Notes under the pieces: model-generated
What the model was told of the DNA's origin: nothing
What the model saw: only the letters and a program-made list of their open reading frames with translations
The model's database searches: none
Part shown: in pieces, positions 9,266-17,979 of the stretch
Layout: each line of letters starts with the position of its first letter
Position numbering within the stretch: the first letter of the stretch is position 1
Program-made: the position numbers and the translations under genes
Origin: Flavobacterium sp.
GTDB lineage: Bacteria > Bacteroidota > Bacteroidia > Flavobacteriales > Flavobacteriaceae
Assembly: GCA_030151255.1 (NCBI GenBank)
Contig: JASLED010000019.1
Span: forward strand, 1,342-65,341
Length of the DNA: 64,000 bases
Reading direction: 5' to 3'

Positions 9266-10255
9266 ATGAAAGTAGCAGTAGTAGGCGCTACCGGTATGGT
9301 AGGAGAGATTATGCTAAGTGTATTAGCAGAACGCAATTTTCCAATAACAGAATTAATTCCAGTTGCTTCAGAAAAATCAGTAGGAAGCGAAATAGATTTT
9401 AAGGGAAAGAAGGTAATTGTAAAATCGTTGGCTGAAGCTGTAGAAATGAAGCCAGAATTAGCTCTTTTTTCTGCTGGAGGAACAATTTCTTTAGAATGGG
9501 CTCCAAAATTTGCAGCAGTTGGAACAACTGTAATTGACAACTCTTCTGCTTGGAGAATGGATCCTTCTATCAAATTAGTTGTACCTGAAATTAATGCATC
9601 TTCATTAACGAAAGAAGACAAAATAATTGCTAATCCAAATTGTTCTACAATTCAATTAGTAATGGCATTGGCTCCTTTACATCAAAAATACACCATTAAA
9701 CGCGTAGTTGTTTCTACGTATCAATCTATTACAGGCACAGGTGTTAAGGCAGTAAAACAGTTAGAAAATGAATATGCTGATATAAAAGGAGATATGGCAT
9801 ATCCTTATCCAATTCACAGAAATGCCTTGCCGCATTGCGATGTTTTTGAAGATAATGGGTATACAAAAGAAGAAATGAAATTGGTTAATGAAACTAAAAA
9901 AATATTAAATGATAATACCGTTTTAGTTACAGCAACCGCAGTGCGCATTCCTGTTGTTGGAGGACATAGCGAAACGGTAAACATTGCCTTTGAAAATGAT
10001 TTTACTGTTGAAGATGTTCGTCGTATTTTACACGAAACACCTGGAATTACGCTACAAGATAATATAGATACAAATACATATCCAATGCCAATTTACGCAC
10101 AAGGAAAAGATGATGTATTTGTTGGAAGAATTAGAAGAGACGAAAGTCAGGAAAACACTTTAAATATGTGGATTGTGGCAGATAACCTAAGAAAAGGAGC
10201 TTCAACCAACACAATACAAATTGCAGAATATTTATTAGCAAATAATTTATTATAA
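9266..10255 (+). CDS. asd: aspartate-semialdehyde dehydrogenase
   Basis: 329 aa with the NAD-binding N-terminus MKVAVVGATGMVG and the active-site context IANPNCSTIQL. Confidence 0.92.
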   Translation: MKVAVVGATGMVGEIMLSVLAERNFPITELIPVASEKSVGSEIDFKGKKVIVKSLAEAVEMKPELALFSAGGTISLEWAPKFAAVGTTVIDNSSAWRMDPSIKLVVPEINASSLTKEDKIIANPNCSTIQLVMALAPLHQKYTIKRVVVSTYQSITGTGVKAVKQLENEYADIKGDMAYPYPIHRNALPHCDVFEDNGYTKEEMKLVNETKKILNDNTVLVTATAVRIPVVGGHSETVNIAFENDFTVEDVRRILHETPGITLQDNIDTNTYPMPIYAQGKDDVFVGRIRRDESQENTLNMWIVADNLRKGASTNTIQIAEYLLANNLL

Positions 10256-10278
10256 TTTTATTCCTAATAAAACATAAA

Positions 10279-10309
10279 ATGCCTATGTAAAAAACGTAGG
10301 CATTTTTTT
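10279..10309 (+). terminator. intrinsic terminator downstream of asd
   Basis: The arm atgccta (10279-10285) pairs with taggcat (10297-10303) and a T-run follows. Confidence 0.6.
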
Positions 10310-10655
10310 ATAATATTTATTTTAATTTGAAATTCATATTTACGAATTTAATAACAGATAATAGAAATTATTAAATTATATAAAACCAAGATAATAGATT
10401 AACTTACATAATAAATAATTTTATTCAATTAACCACACAAAACTTAAAAAAACATTGTTTAAAAAACATAATACAATTAGAATATTTAATTTACCTTAAT
10501 TTTTTCATTTTTTTTAAGTACTTTAGCCGATAAATTTATAATTATATAACATAGAGCCCCTTATATTTATTAATAAATAACCTAAAAATTTAGTACTAAA
10601 GCCTGCACAATTTTAGAACACTAAATTCTAATATTTTTAAAAATAAAATTGTTTT

Positions 10656-11315
10656 ATGAAAAAAGTATTATTAGTCGATGATCACCCTTTGATTATCGAA
10701 GGCTACAAGATGGCTCTTGAAAACAGTGCAGAATTTGCTAATATTTTATCTTTTACAAAGGCTTTCAATTGCAAAGAAGCAAAAGAAAAAATTGATGAAG
10801 CAATTGTATCCTCTTCACATTTTGATCTTATTATTGTTGATTTCTCCCTTCCATCTGGAGATGATTTTTTGTGGAAAAACGGAAATGATATTGTAAAATA
10901 TCTTAGAACAGCTATGCCAGATTGTATGGTAATTATGATTACCGGACATACAGAAGTTATTACGATTTATGAAATAATTAAAAGTGTACGTCCTAATGCA
11001 CTTGTTAGTAAAAACGAAATAACACCTTCTACATTGGTAAACATTATTAAAGACGTTTTTAGCGGAAATAGTTATCAAAGTCCTATTGTGAAACACTGTT
11101 TAGATGAAATGTTAAGAACAAAAATAATGTATGATGATTATAACCGACAAATTTTAGTATTACTTTCTAAAGGACATAAATTAGTTGATTTAGAAAATCA
11201 TGTTCCATTATCTGGTCCTACAATTAAAAAGCGTATTGCAAAAATGAAAAAAGTTTTTGACAGTGCAGATACATCTATCCTTATTCAAGAAGCAATTAAA
11301 CAAGGCTTTGTTTGA
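10656..11315 (+). CDS. response regulator with a divergent LuxR/NarL-type C-terminal HTH (orphan; no kinase in the window)
   Basis: 219 aa. Receiver-domain residues are present: LLVDDHP, the phospho-acceptor context LIIVDFSLP, MITGH and VSKNE. The C-terminal segment NRQILVLLSKGHKLVDLENHVPLSGPTIKKRIAKMKKVF fits a LuxR-type HTH pattern loosely. Confidence 0.8.
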   Translation: MKKVLLVDDHPLIIEGYKMALENSAEFANILSFTKAFNCKEAKEKIDEAIVSSSHFDLIIVDFSLPSGDDFLWKNGNDIVKYLRTAMPDCMVIMITGHTEVITIYEIIKSVRPNALVSKNEITPSTLVNIIKDVFSGNSYQSPIVKHCLDEMLRTKIMYDDYNRQILVLLSKGHKLVDLENHVPLSGPTIKKRIAKMKKVFDSADTSILIQEAIKQGFV

Positions 11316-11328
11316 GTGTTAACTAACG

Positions 11329-11373
11329 ACGAATAGTATATAAAAAAAGGGAATCTTTCGATTCCCTTTTTTT
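11329..11373. repeat. left copy of a ~45-bp imperfect direct repeat bracketing the adhesin operon
   Basis: The sequence acgaatagtatataaaaaaagggaatctttcgattccctttt compares with acgaaatagtataaaacaaaaaagggaatctttcgattcccttc at 24394-24438. Confidence 0.7.
11342..11373. terminator. bidirectional intrinsic terminator shared by the response regulator (+) and the OmpA-family gene (-)
   Basis: An A7 run, the hairpin gggaatc-tttc-gattccc (11349-11366) and a T7 run. The T-run overlaps the stop codon of the minus-strand gene. Confidence 0.75.
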
Positions 11374-13348
11374 ATAGTTCAATTATTATAAATTCGCTTC
11401 TTCTATTTTCTAAATGTTGTTGCTCTAAGCATGGCACATTATTTCCACAATCATTAAGTAACTCACTCTCTCCATATCCTTTGCCCATAACACGAGATTT
11501 ATCTATACCGTGATCAATAATCCATTTCATAGTAGATTTTGCACGTTTATCTGATAATTTCATATTATATGCATCATTACCTCTACTGTCTGTATGCGAG
11601 CGAACGTCTATTTTAATGGTTGGATACATTTTTAATACCTCAACCACTTTTGCCAACTCTACTTCTGCATCTTTTCGAATAGTAGCTTTATCAAAATCAA
11701 AATAGATTTTTTCTAATTTTAATTTTTTAAACAAATCATCATTATCTGTAATAATTTCTTCTATTGGCTCTAATGCTGTATTTATTTCATACGTTGCAAT
11801 AACTTCATTATTTGTTGTTAAAACAACTTCTTTCGTATGAAAACCTTCAGCTTCCAATTTAATACGATATTTAACATCACAGCATTTTAATTCATCAATT
11901 AGATATGTTCCGTCTTTATTAATTGGCACTGCCTTAATTATACTATATGTTGCACTATAAAGTGTAGCAAACCCAGAAGTAATTGGCTCGTTTATAGCCT
12001 GATTAACTACTTTTCCTTGAACAATATGTTTGTATTCAACATGTTGTTTTTCTTGGAAAAAATAAATATCATCACCTCCTTCTCCACCCGGACGATTAGA
12101 GCTGATAAATCCTTTTTTTAGTTTAGTATTTAGATAAAACCCGAAATCATCAGATGAACTATTTATAGGTTCGCCTACATTTACCACATTACCAAAAGAA
12201 CCATCTGCGTTAATTTTTACCATAAAAACATCCAATCCTCCTAAACCTGGCCTTCCATCTGTTGAGAAATAAAGCATATAATCTTCCGTAATGAATGGAA
12301 ATGTTTCTCTGCCTTCTGTATTTATTTGTTTGCCTAAATTTTCTGGTTTTCCAAAAGAGCCATCTTCTTTAATTTCTACTCTAAACAGATCGCTTTGTCC
12401 AATTGTTCCATCTCTATCTGAAACAAAATACATCCATTTTCCGTCTGGTGACAATGCTGGATGAGCTGAATTAACATCTTTCAAATTAAACGATAAAGCT
12501 TGAGGATTGCCAAAAGAATCATCTTCTGTAAGTGTAGCTTTATATAAATGAAGAAAAGAATTTTTAAACTTTTTACTTTCTACAGCATCCTTTGTTTCAG
12601 GAGCATTTTGAGTAAAATACATCGTTTTGCCATCTGTGGTAAAAACAGCTGTAGAAACATTTATATCTTTTGCTTTGTTTTTATAAAAAAGTACAGGTTC
12701 ATCAAAACTTCCATCAATATTAATCTTTGAAGAATATAAATCGGTATACGCTTCGTTGGTCCATTTATGAATTTTGTTGGCTCCTTTTTGTGCTGTTTCT
12801 CTTGCTGAAGTAAAAATTAAATCATCTTTATAAATAGTTGCTCCATAATCTGAAAAAGAACTATTGATAGCAATTGGTTTAATTTCATATCTATTTGAAC
12901 GTTTTTCTATATCGCTTAGATAAGTATTTTTATTTGCATTGAAAATTTTTGCTCGAGAATCCTTTTCCTCTTTTTCTACAAAAACAGCCATATACTTATC
13001 TGATAAAGTATAATTGCCCACCGATCGCAATGTTTGAGCATAGCGATAATAATATTCGGAATTTAGCGCTTCTTTATTTGAATCTGCGTACTGAAATAAT
13101 TTGGCATACCAATCATTGGCTTGTTGCAGCTTTCCATTAAAATAATAAGCGTCGGCTATTTTGGTTAAAGTATTTACATTTTCATACCCGTTATTTACAG
13201 CCTTTTCATATACTTCTATAGCGTTTATATACTCGTATTTATCAAATCTTGTATCAGCTTTAATTTCCTTTCTTTCTTGTGCAAAACCATAAATGCCGCA
13301 CAAAAAAGCAAAACTTAGCCAACCAAGATTTATTCCTCTTATTTTCAT
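11372..13348 (-). CDS. OmpA-family peptidoglycan-associated protein with N-terminal TPR and TolB-like beta-propeller regions
   Basis: 658 aa with a signal peptide and a TPR-like N-terminus. It has repeated PD40-like motifs (SPDGKWMYFVSDR; FSTDGRPGLGGLDVF). The C-terminal OmpA_C-like domain reads IYFDFDKATIR...HTDSRGNDAYNMKLSDKRA. Confidence 0.85.
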   Translation of the reverse strand: MKIRGINLGWLSFAFLCGIYGFAQERKEIKADTRFDKYEYINAIEVYEKAVNNGYENVNTLTKIADAYYFNGKLQQANDWYAKLFQYADSNKEALNSEYYYRYAQTLRSVGNYTLSDKYMAVFVEKEEKDSRAKIFNANKNTYLSDIEKRSNRYEIKPIAINSSFSDYGATIYKDDLIFTSARETAQKGANKIHKWTNEAYTDLYSSKINIDGSFDEPVLFYKNKAKDINVSTAVFTTDGKTMYFTQNAPETKDAVESKKFKNSFLHLYKATLTEDDSFGNPQALSFNLKDVNSAHPALSPDGKWMYFVSDRDGTIGQSDLFRVEIKEDGSFGKPENLGKQINTEGRETFPFITEDYMLYFSTDGRPGLGGLDVFMVKINADGSFGNVVNVGEPINSSSDDFGFYLNTKLKKGFISSNRPGGEGGDDIYFFQEKQHVEYKHIVQGKVVNQAINEPITSGFATLYSATYSIIKAVPINKDGTYLIDELKCCDVKYRIKLEAEGFHTKEVVLTTNNEVIATYEINTALEPIEEIITDNDDLFKKLKLEKIYFDFDKATIRKDAEVELAKVVEVLKMYPTIKIDVRSHTDSRGNDAYNMKLSDKRAKSTMKWIIDHGIDKSRVMGKGYGESELLNDCGNNVPCLEQQHLENRRSEFIIIEL

Positions 13349-13363
13349 ACTATTTCAATTTTT

Positions 13364-14296
13364 TTAGAAGAACCTTGGTGCTCGTTTACGCGTATATCTA
13401 TTAAATATATCTGCTCGAATAAAAAACTCGTGAGAACCACTGTTGTAATGACTTAACTTAGTTGTATCTCTATCATACGAATATCCAATAAACATACTAT
13501 CATTAATTTGGAAGCCTAACAATCCGCTAACGGCAGCATCCCAACGATATGAAACCCCTGCAGTAAACTTATCTGAAAACAAGAAATTTGCTGTTAGATC
13601 AAGCTTTACCGGTGCTCCTTCTACTGCTTTCATTAAAAAAGCAGGTTTGAATTTTAAACTTGGATTGAACTCAAAAACATAACCTCCCATCAAATAAAAA
13701 TTCATTCGTTGTTTCATGGTTGTTACATCATTGTCGTTGTAACGATATGTTTCTAAAAAATTTGGAACAGAAAGCCCAATATATCCTGTGTCTGAATAAA
13801 CATAAACACCAGCTCCAATATTTGGTGTAAATTTATTGGTAATATTTTCTTGAATATTTACATCTGATGGATTATATGGATGTCCTTTCAAGTAATCAAC
13901 ATTAAGCAAATCGCCAGAAGCTTTAATTCCAAAAGCCATTTGATAAGAATAACTTATCTTTACTTTATAGGATAAATCAACAGCAATATTGTTATTGTCC
14001 ATAATACCAATACTTTCGTTTGTGTAAGAAACACCTATACCAAGATTAGAATTATGTATTGGAGAAGAAACAGCAAAGTTTGCTGTTTTTGGGGCTCCGT
14101 CTAATCCTACCCATTGCGTTCTATAATTTCCGAAAATACTCAACACTTCTCTTGTACCTGCATACGCCGGATTATAAGTAGAAGTATTGTACATATATTG
14201 TGCAAATTGAGGCTCTTGCTGTGCATAAGCTTGTGATAAAGCGCCTATAAACAATAAAGCAATTCCTTTTATTTTAATACTTTTAATCAACTTCAT
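13364..14296 (-). CDS. PorP/SprF-family type IX secretion system membrane protein
   Basis: 310 aa. A signal peptide is followed by QQEPQFAQYMYNTSTYNPAYAG, the hallmark N-terminus of PorP/SprF. The rest has beta-barrel-like alternating composition and the protein ends in an aromatic residue (RFF). Confidence 0.85.
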   Translation of the reverse strand: MKLIKSIKIKGIALLFIGALSQAYAQQEPQFAQYMYNTSTYNPAYAGTREVLSIFGNYRTQWVGLDGAPKTANFAVSSPIHNSNLGIGVSYTNESIGIMDNNNIAVDLSYKVKISYSYQMAFGIKASGDLLNVDYLKGHPYNPSDVNIQENITNKFTPNIGAGVYVYSDTGYIGLSVPNFLETYRYNDNDVTTMKQRMNFYLMGGYVFEFNPSLKFKPAFLMKAVEGAPVKLDLTANFLFSDKFTAGVSYRWDAAVSGLLGFQINDSMFIGYSYDRDTTKLSHYNSGSHEFFIRADIFNRYTRKRAPRFF

Positions 14297-14301
14297 TTTT
14301 A

Positions 14302-15561
14302 CTATTTCGTTTCTAAATGTAAATAACCTGCTTTCTTAATAGGTTTTGAAACACCATCTTTTTCGTATTGATAATTTACAATATAGTAATACGTACCTGA
14401 AGGTAATTTTTCGTTTTTACTAATTGTCATACGGTTATCTGAATAACCACGGAATACATTTCCGTTAGAATCATAGTTTTTAGTTTCAAATACTTTAGCT
14501 CCCCAACGATTGTAAATCTGAACTGAATTGTTTGGAAATCTATTAATGTTTTCGATAAAGAAATAATCATTTACTCCGTCATTATCTGGCGTAACAATAT
14601 TGTATATTACCACATCGCCATCTAATATTTCATCTATATTTACAGTAGCTAACGTAAAAACACCATATCCTTTTAGTGCTGTAACAGTTGTAACGGTTTT
14701 ATTTCCCATATCTACTACTCCACCTTCATTAACCCACATTAACTGTTTTTCGTCCCAGCGTACAATACGTAGATTTTTTTCAGGATCTGTTAATACACTA
14801 GAATCCGTTGTTCTGTTATCCCAACTTAATTCTAAGAATACATCATTAGTAACATCTGATGCTTTTTCTACCACCCAATATTCTTTTTTATTTAGGCTTA
14901 AAATAGAGTGATTTACATTGGTATGTTTTGTATAAAACTGTTCATCGCCATAAATATATTTACTTACAAAAACATCTTTTGATTTGGCAGGAGCAGAAAT
15001 GGCCGAATATCTATAATAACCTTCGTTTCCTATTGGAAAAACAAAAGCTTCCTTTCCTTCTTTATCAACCATTCCGTTTACATGGCTTTTATCGCTTGCA
15101 TAGAGTGCTTTTGATCCTTCAAGAAAAACAAATGAGCCATTTGTTTCATCAACTGAAATAATGCCATTCTCGAATTCAACAATACCTTTAGCAACAATAC
15201 CTGTTTCTACGATAAATGCCTGTTTTTCGGTAGAATTTTGAAACAAAACATTATTCATTCTAATCAATTGAGAACCATTAATCAATTGAGGTTGGTTAGA
15301 AGAAAAAATTGTTTTTGCTGCTTTTTTCTTATTTGCATTATTTTCAACAAAATCGAAAAAGCCATCGTTTTTAAGATTATTATACAAATACAAAGTTCCG
15401 TTGTTAAAAACAGTTGCGCCTTCCTTGTTTTCTAATGGAAAAAGAGAAGACATTTCTGTATTTGGCTGAATATATAATCCACCATAATTAACGGTTTGTC
15501 CGAAGGCGAAACCTCCTGTCAAAGTGCAAGCCAATATCCAGATTTTATGGTTTTTCATCAT
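14302..15561 (-). CDS. T9SS type B C-terminal sorting domain (gliding motility-associated CTD) protein
   Basis: 419 aa with a signal peptide. The C-terminal ~95 aa are VVIYNIVTPDNDGVNDYFFIENINRFPNNSVQIYNRWGAKVFE...LPSGTYYYIVNY...KKAGYLHLETK. This matches the CHU_C/type B CTD pattern. Confidence 0.85.
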   Translation of the reverse strand: MMKNHKIWILACTLTGGFAFGQTVNYGGLYIQPNTEMSSLFPLENKEGATVFNNGTLYLYNNLKNDGFFDFVENNANKKKAAKTIFSSNQPQLINGSQLIRMNNVLFQNSTEKQAFIVETGIVAKGIVEFENGIISVDETNGSFVFLEGSKALYASDKSHVNGMVDKEGKEAFVFPIGNEGYYRYSAISAPAKSKDVFVSKYIYGDEQFYTKHTNVNHSILSLNKKEYWVVEKASDVTNDVFLELSWDNRTTDSSVLTDPEKNLRIVRWDEKQLMWVNEGGVVDMGNKTVTTVTALKGYGVFTLATVNIDEILDGDVVIYNIVTPDNDGVNDYFFIENINRFPNNSVQIYNRWGAKVFETKNYDSNGNVFRGYSDNRMTISKNEKLPSGTYYYIVNYQYEKDGVSKPIKKAGYLHLETK

Positions 15562-15573
15562 ACAATTTTTAAA

Positions 15574-16194
15574 TTATTCTTTAACAACAAAAACAATATT
15601 CATAATTGAATATGCAGAACCATTACCAATAACTCTATACTTCATTAAACCATTTTCGTCAATTGTAATAGCTTCAAAAACAGTAGCATCATAATCGGTT
15701 ACGTAATAATACAAATCAGTTGCTGAAGGAAAATAAGGAATAACTTCTGGAGCGTTTGCACTTTTTACATGGTTTTGTCCAGTTAATGCAAACTGATTCT
15801 TATATTCTTGATACAAATCTTTTTCTACAAAAGTTCCGTTCGGAGTTATGGTTCCAGTATCAAAAACAATAGATGGCATATAAAAGAATTTTACTGCCTT
15901 ATTATCTGTAGTTACCATTTGTTGCCATTTTGTACCATCATTGTAATAAAAGCCCGGAACAACATCATTCTGTTTTATTGTATTATAAACAGTCATACCT
16001 GCAACATGTTCTTCTAGAGGAGCTGCACTGTTTGTATACTCAAGTTCTAATCTGGGTAATAGAAGCCCTTTATTTAGTGATTCTATTTCAAACATTGCAC
16101 TTGTGTTAATTGTTGGAGTACCTCCAACTTTGGTTTGAGCAAATCCTACTGTACTTAGTGTTGCTAATGCTAATGTTAAATATAACTTTTTCAT
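15574..16194 (-). CDS. secreted hypothetical protein; short paralog sharing the N-terminal module of the upstream 555-aa protein
   Basis: The start was moved to MKKLYLTLALATLSTVGFAQ (ATG at 16194), which gives a clean Sec signal. The mature N-terminus TKVGGTP...KGLLLPRLEL...VYN...PGFYY..W aligns with the 555-aa neighbour. Confidence 0.6.
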   Translation of the reverse strand: MKKLYLTLALATLSTVGFAQTKVGGTPTINTSAMFEIESLNKGLLLPRLELEYTNSAAPLEEHVAGMTVYNTIKQNDVVPGFYYNDGTKWQQMVTTDNKAVKFFYMPSIVFDTGTITPNGTFVEKDLYQEYKNQFALTGQNHVKSANAPEVIPYFPSATDLYYYVTDYDATVFEAITIDENGLMKYRVIGNGSAYSIMNIVFVVKE

Positions 16195-16220
16195 ATTGTT
16201 GTTTATTCTTACTTTTAGAA

Positions 16221-16255
16221 ATGATGGGGCAATCAACTAAGCTTTTCCCCATCAT
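16221..16255 (-). other. intercistronic stem-loop between the 555-aa and 206-aa genes
   Basis: The arm atgatgggg (16221-16229) pairs with ccccatcat (16247-16255), giving a 9-bp stem and a 17-nt loop. No U-tract follows on the coding strand. Confidence 0.4.
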
Positions 16256-16276
16256 CTCATTTTTGATTAATTTAGA

Positions 16277-17944
16277 TTATGGCTGAACAGTTTCATCTGA
16301 TGCAAATTCAATTACTACATCATAATTTCCTGCTGGCAACATGAAATATTGGTTTCCTACTCCAATATTAAAATTAATTTTTCCATCCGTTCCTACGCTA
16401 ACATTTGTTGTACTTGATGTAATTACATTTGTACCCTGCATTAATTTGATAGATAACACTTCTGAAACAGTTTGTTCTTGAACTGTTACAGGTGTAGCAG
16501 TTGCAGAATAAGCAGAAATTGTAGTTGTACCTTTAGCTAGATATACTTTTTTACCATTGTAAGTATTTCCTGTAAATACAAGATTTGTTGTATTATTCAA
16601 ATGATTGCCCAGCGCTTGTTTGATTGTTAGGTTTGTATCATTTTTAATTGTATTTACAATAATAGAAGCAGGAAGTACAATCTCCTGATTTGTTTTTGTA
16701 TTATCTGCATTTGTTATTATTTGATACAATGTATTTGGCGTATTTGGATCATTGTCGTGATCTCCAAAATAAACATTACCTCCATCGTTTAAGATTTTAG
16801 TAATTGCATTCTGAATATCTTCATTTTCTGTAATAGAAATAAGCATATCTTCCGTTAGGTTGATATAATCTACTTTATTATCTTCTGCTTTATATTGATA
16901 ATAAATTTGTCCTTTTTTTACTGTTGCATTTGTTGGTGCAGTTCTGGTTTCAGCAAATTCTGGCAAAGTACCAGTAGCCTCTATTTTACTGCGTAAAATT
17001 TGAGTTTTTGTTTCAAAATCTTTTAAGTTGATAGTTTCATATTTAGCTTCATCCCAATATTGAAATACCCAGATTTTTTTAGCAGGATCAGTTGGAAAAG
17101 CAGGATCTTGAATTTGAGTATAAATAACATTTCCTTTTGAAAACTGAGAAATATATTGAATGTATTCTTCAATGGTTGTAAAAGTATTGCCATCAATAGT
17201 AATATCGATTGTAGATTCCATAATCTCTTGAATATTATTTACAACTGTTCCTTTTACATCTATTGCCATAGCTCCTGGAGCATCATCAGGAATATTAGCT
17301 AATGTATTAGCCGCATCAGCTGCTAACCAATCGATGATAGTTTGCTCTGAAAAATAGATGAAACCTGTTACTTTATCATTAGTATCTTTTACTTCTCTAA
17401 CAAATGTTTTTGTTTCAAACCCTGCAACTAGATTTCTTAAATTAATAATCTCTTTTGTGTAAACTTTAGTTAGTGCATCATATGTAACAGAATAAAGGTT
17501 TCCGTTTTCATAAACTAAAGTTGTATGATTATTTGTTGTGCCAGAATCATTACCTGGATTTGTAGGAATAATATAATTAATGAATTTTTTTATTTCAGAT
17601 AAATCTCCTAATAAAGAGTTTAAAACCTTAGCGTCTGTAATTCTATTCCAATATCCACCGTTTAGTTTTGCAGAATCTGTTGTCCAATAGTAAAATCCGT
17701 TAGGAATGGTAGAGGTAGAAGTACCAACATTATTATACACTAATAAACTTTCTACTTTATCACCAACAATTGGTTCATAAATGTCTAAATCCGTCAACAC
17801 AACTCTTGGAATTAATATCCCTTTGTCATCTGCTTTCACCTCTAATTGTGTTGCTGTTTCTGGATTAGGAGTACCTATACCTACTTGAGCGTTTGAAAAA
17901 TAAGTAGCTCCTAATAATGCTGCGATTAATGTAATTTTTTTCAT
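16277..17944 (-). CDS. secreted hypothetical protein with an N-terminal VGIGTPNP...KGILIPRV module
   Basis: 555 aa with the signal peptide MKKITLIAALLGATYFSNAQ and Thr/Asn-rich beta-type composition. I recognise no catalytic motif. Confidence 0.65.
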   Translation of the reverse strand: MKKITLIAALLGATYFSNAQVGIGTPNPETATQLEVKADDKGILIPRVVLTDLDIYEPIVGDKVESLLVYNNVGTSTSTIPNGFYYWTTDSAKLNGGYWNRITDAKVLNSLLGDLSEIKKFINYIIPTNPGNDSGTTNNHTTLVYENGNLYSVTYDALTKVYTKEIINLRNLVAGFETKTFVREVKDTNDKVTGFIYFSEQTIIDWLAADAANTLANIPDDAPGAMAIDVKGTVVNNIQEIMESTIDITIDGNTFTTIEEYIQYISQFSKGNVIYTQIQDPAFPTDPAKKIWVFQYWDEAKYETINLKDFETKTQILRSKIEATGTLPEFAETRTAPTNATVKKGQIYYQYKAEDNKVDYINLTEDMLISITENEDIQNAITKILNDGGNVYFGDHDNDPNTPNTLYQIITNADNTKTNQEIVLPASIIVNTIKNDTNLTIKQALGNHLNNTTNLVFTGNTYNGKKVYLAKGTTTISAYSATATPVTVQEQTVSEVLSIKLMQGTNVITSSTTNVSVGTDGKINFNIGVGNQYFMLPAGNYDVVIEFASDETVQP

Positions 17945-17979
17945 CTGTTTTTCCCTTAAAATTGTATTGTTTTTTCCCT

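Noticed and set aside
9259-9621. 120-aa minus-strand ORF overlapping the 5' third of asd.
   Set aside because: The plus-strand asd has clear NAD-binding and active-site motifs, so the antisense ORF is a shadow. The same reasoning rejects 352-573, 1426-1722, 2211-2459, 3598-3804, 5013-5198, 5717-5965, 6585-6833, 10815-11096, 12548-13140, 14600-15435, 15808-16017, 24603-25087, 25873-26148, 27829-28137, 30498-30875, 33418-34134, 34656-34844, 35677-36302, 40904-41176, 42353-43027, 43787-44235, 44920-45147, 45871-46074, 47089-47316, 51479-51733, 56712-56900, 58071-58256, 60695-60943 and 62109-62291.
16195-16236. Longer start (MIAPSFLKVRINNN...) for the 220-aa track ORF.
   Set aside because: The extension lies inside the intercistronic stem-loop and would bury the otherwise canonical signal peptide that begins at MKKLYLTL. 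The ATG at 16194 is preferred.
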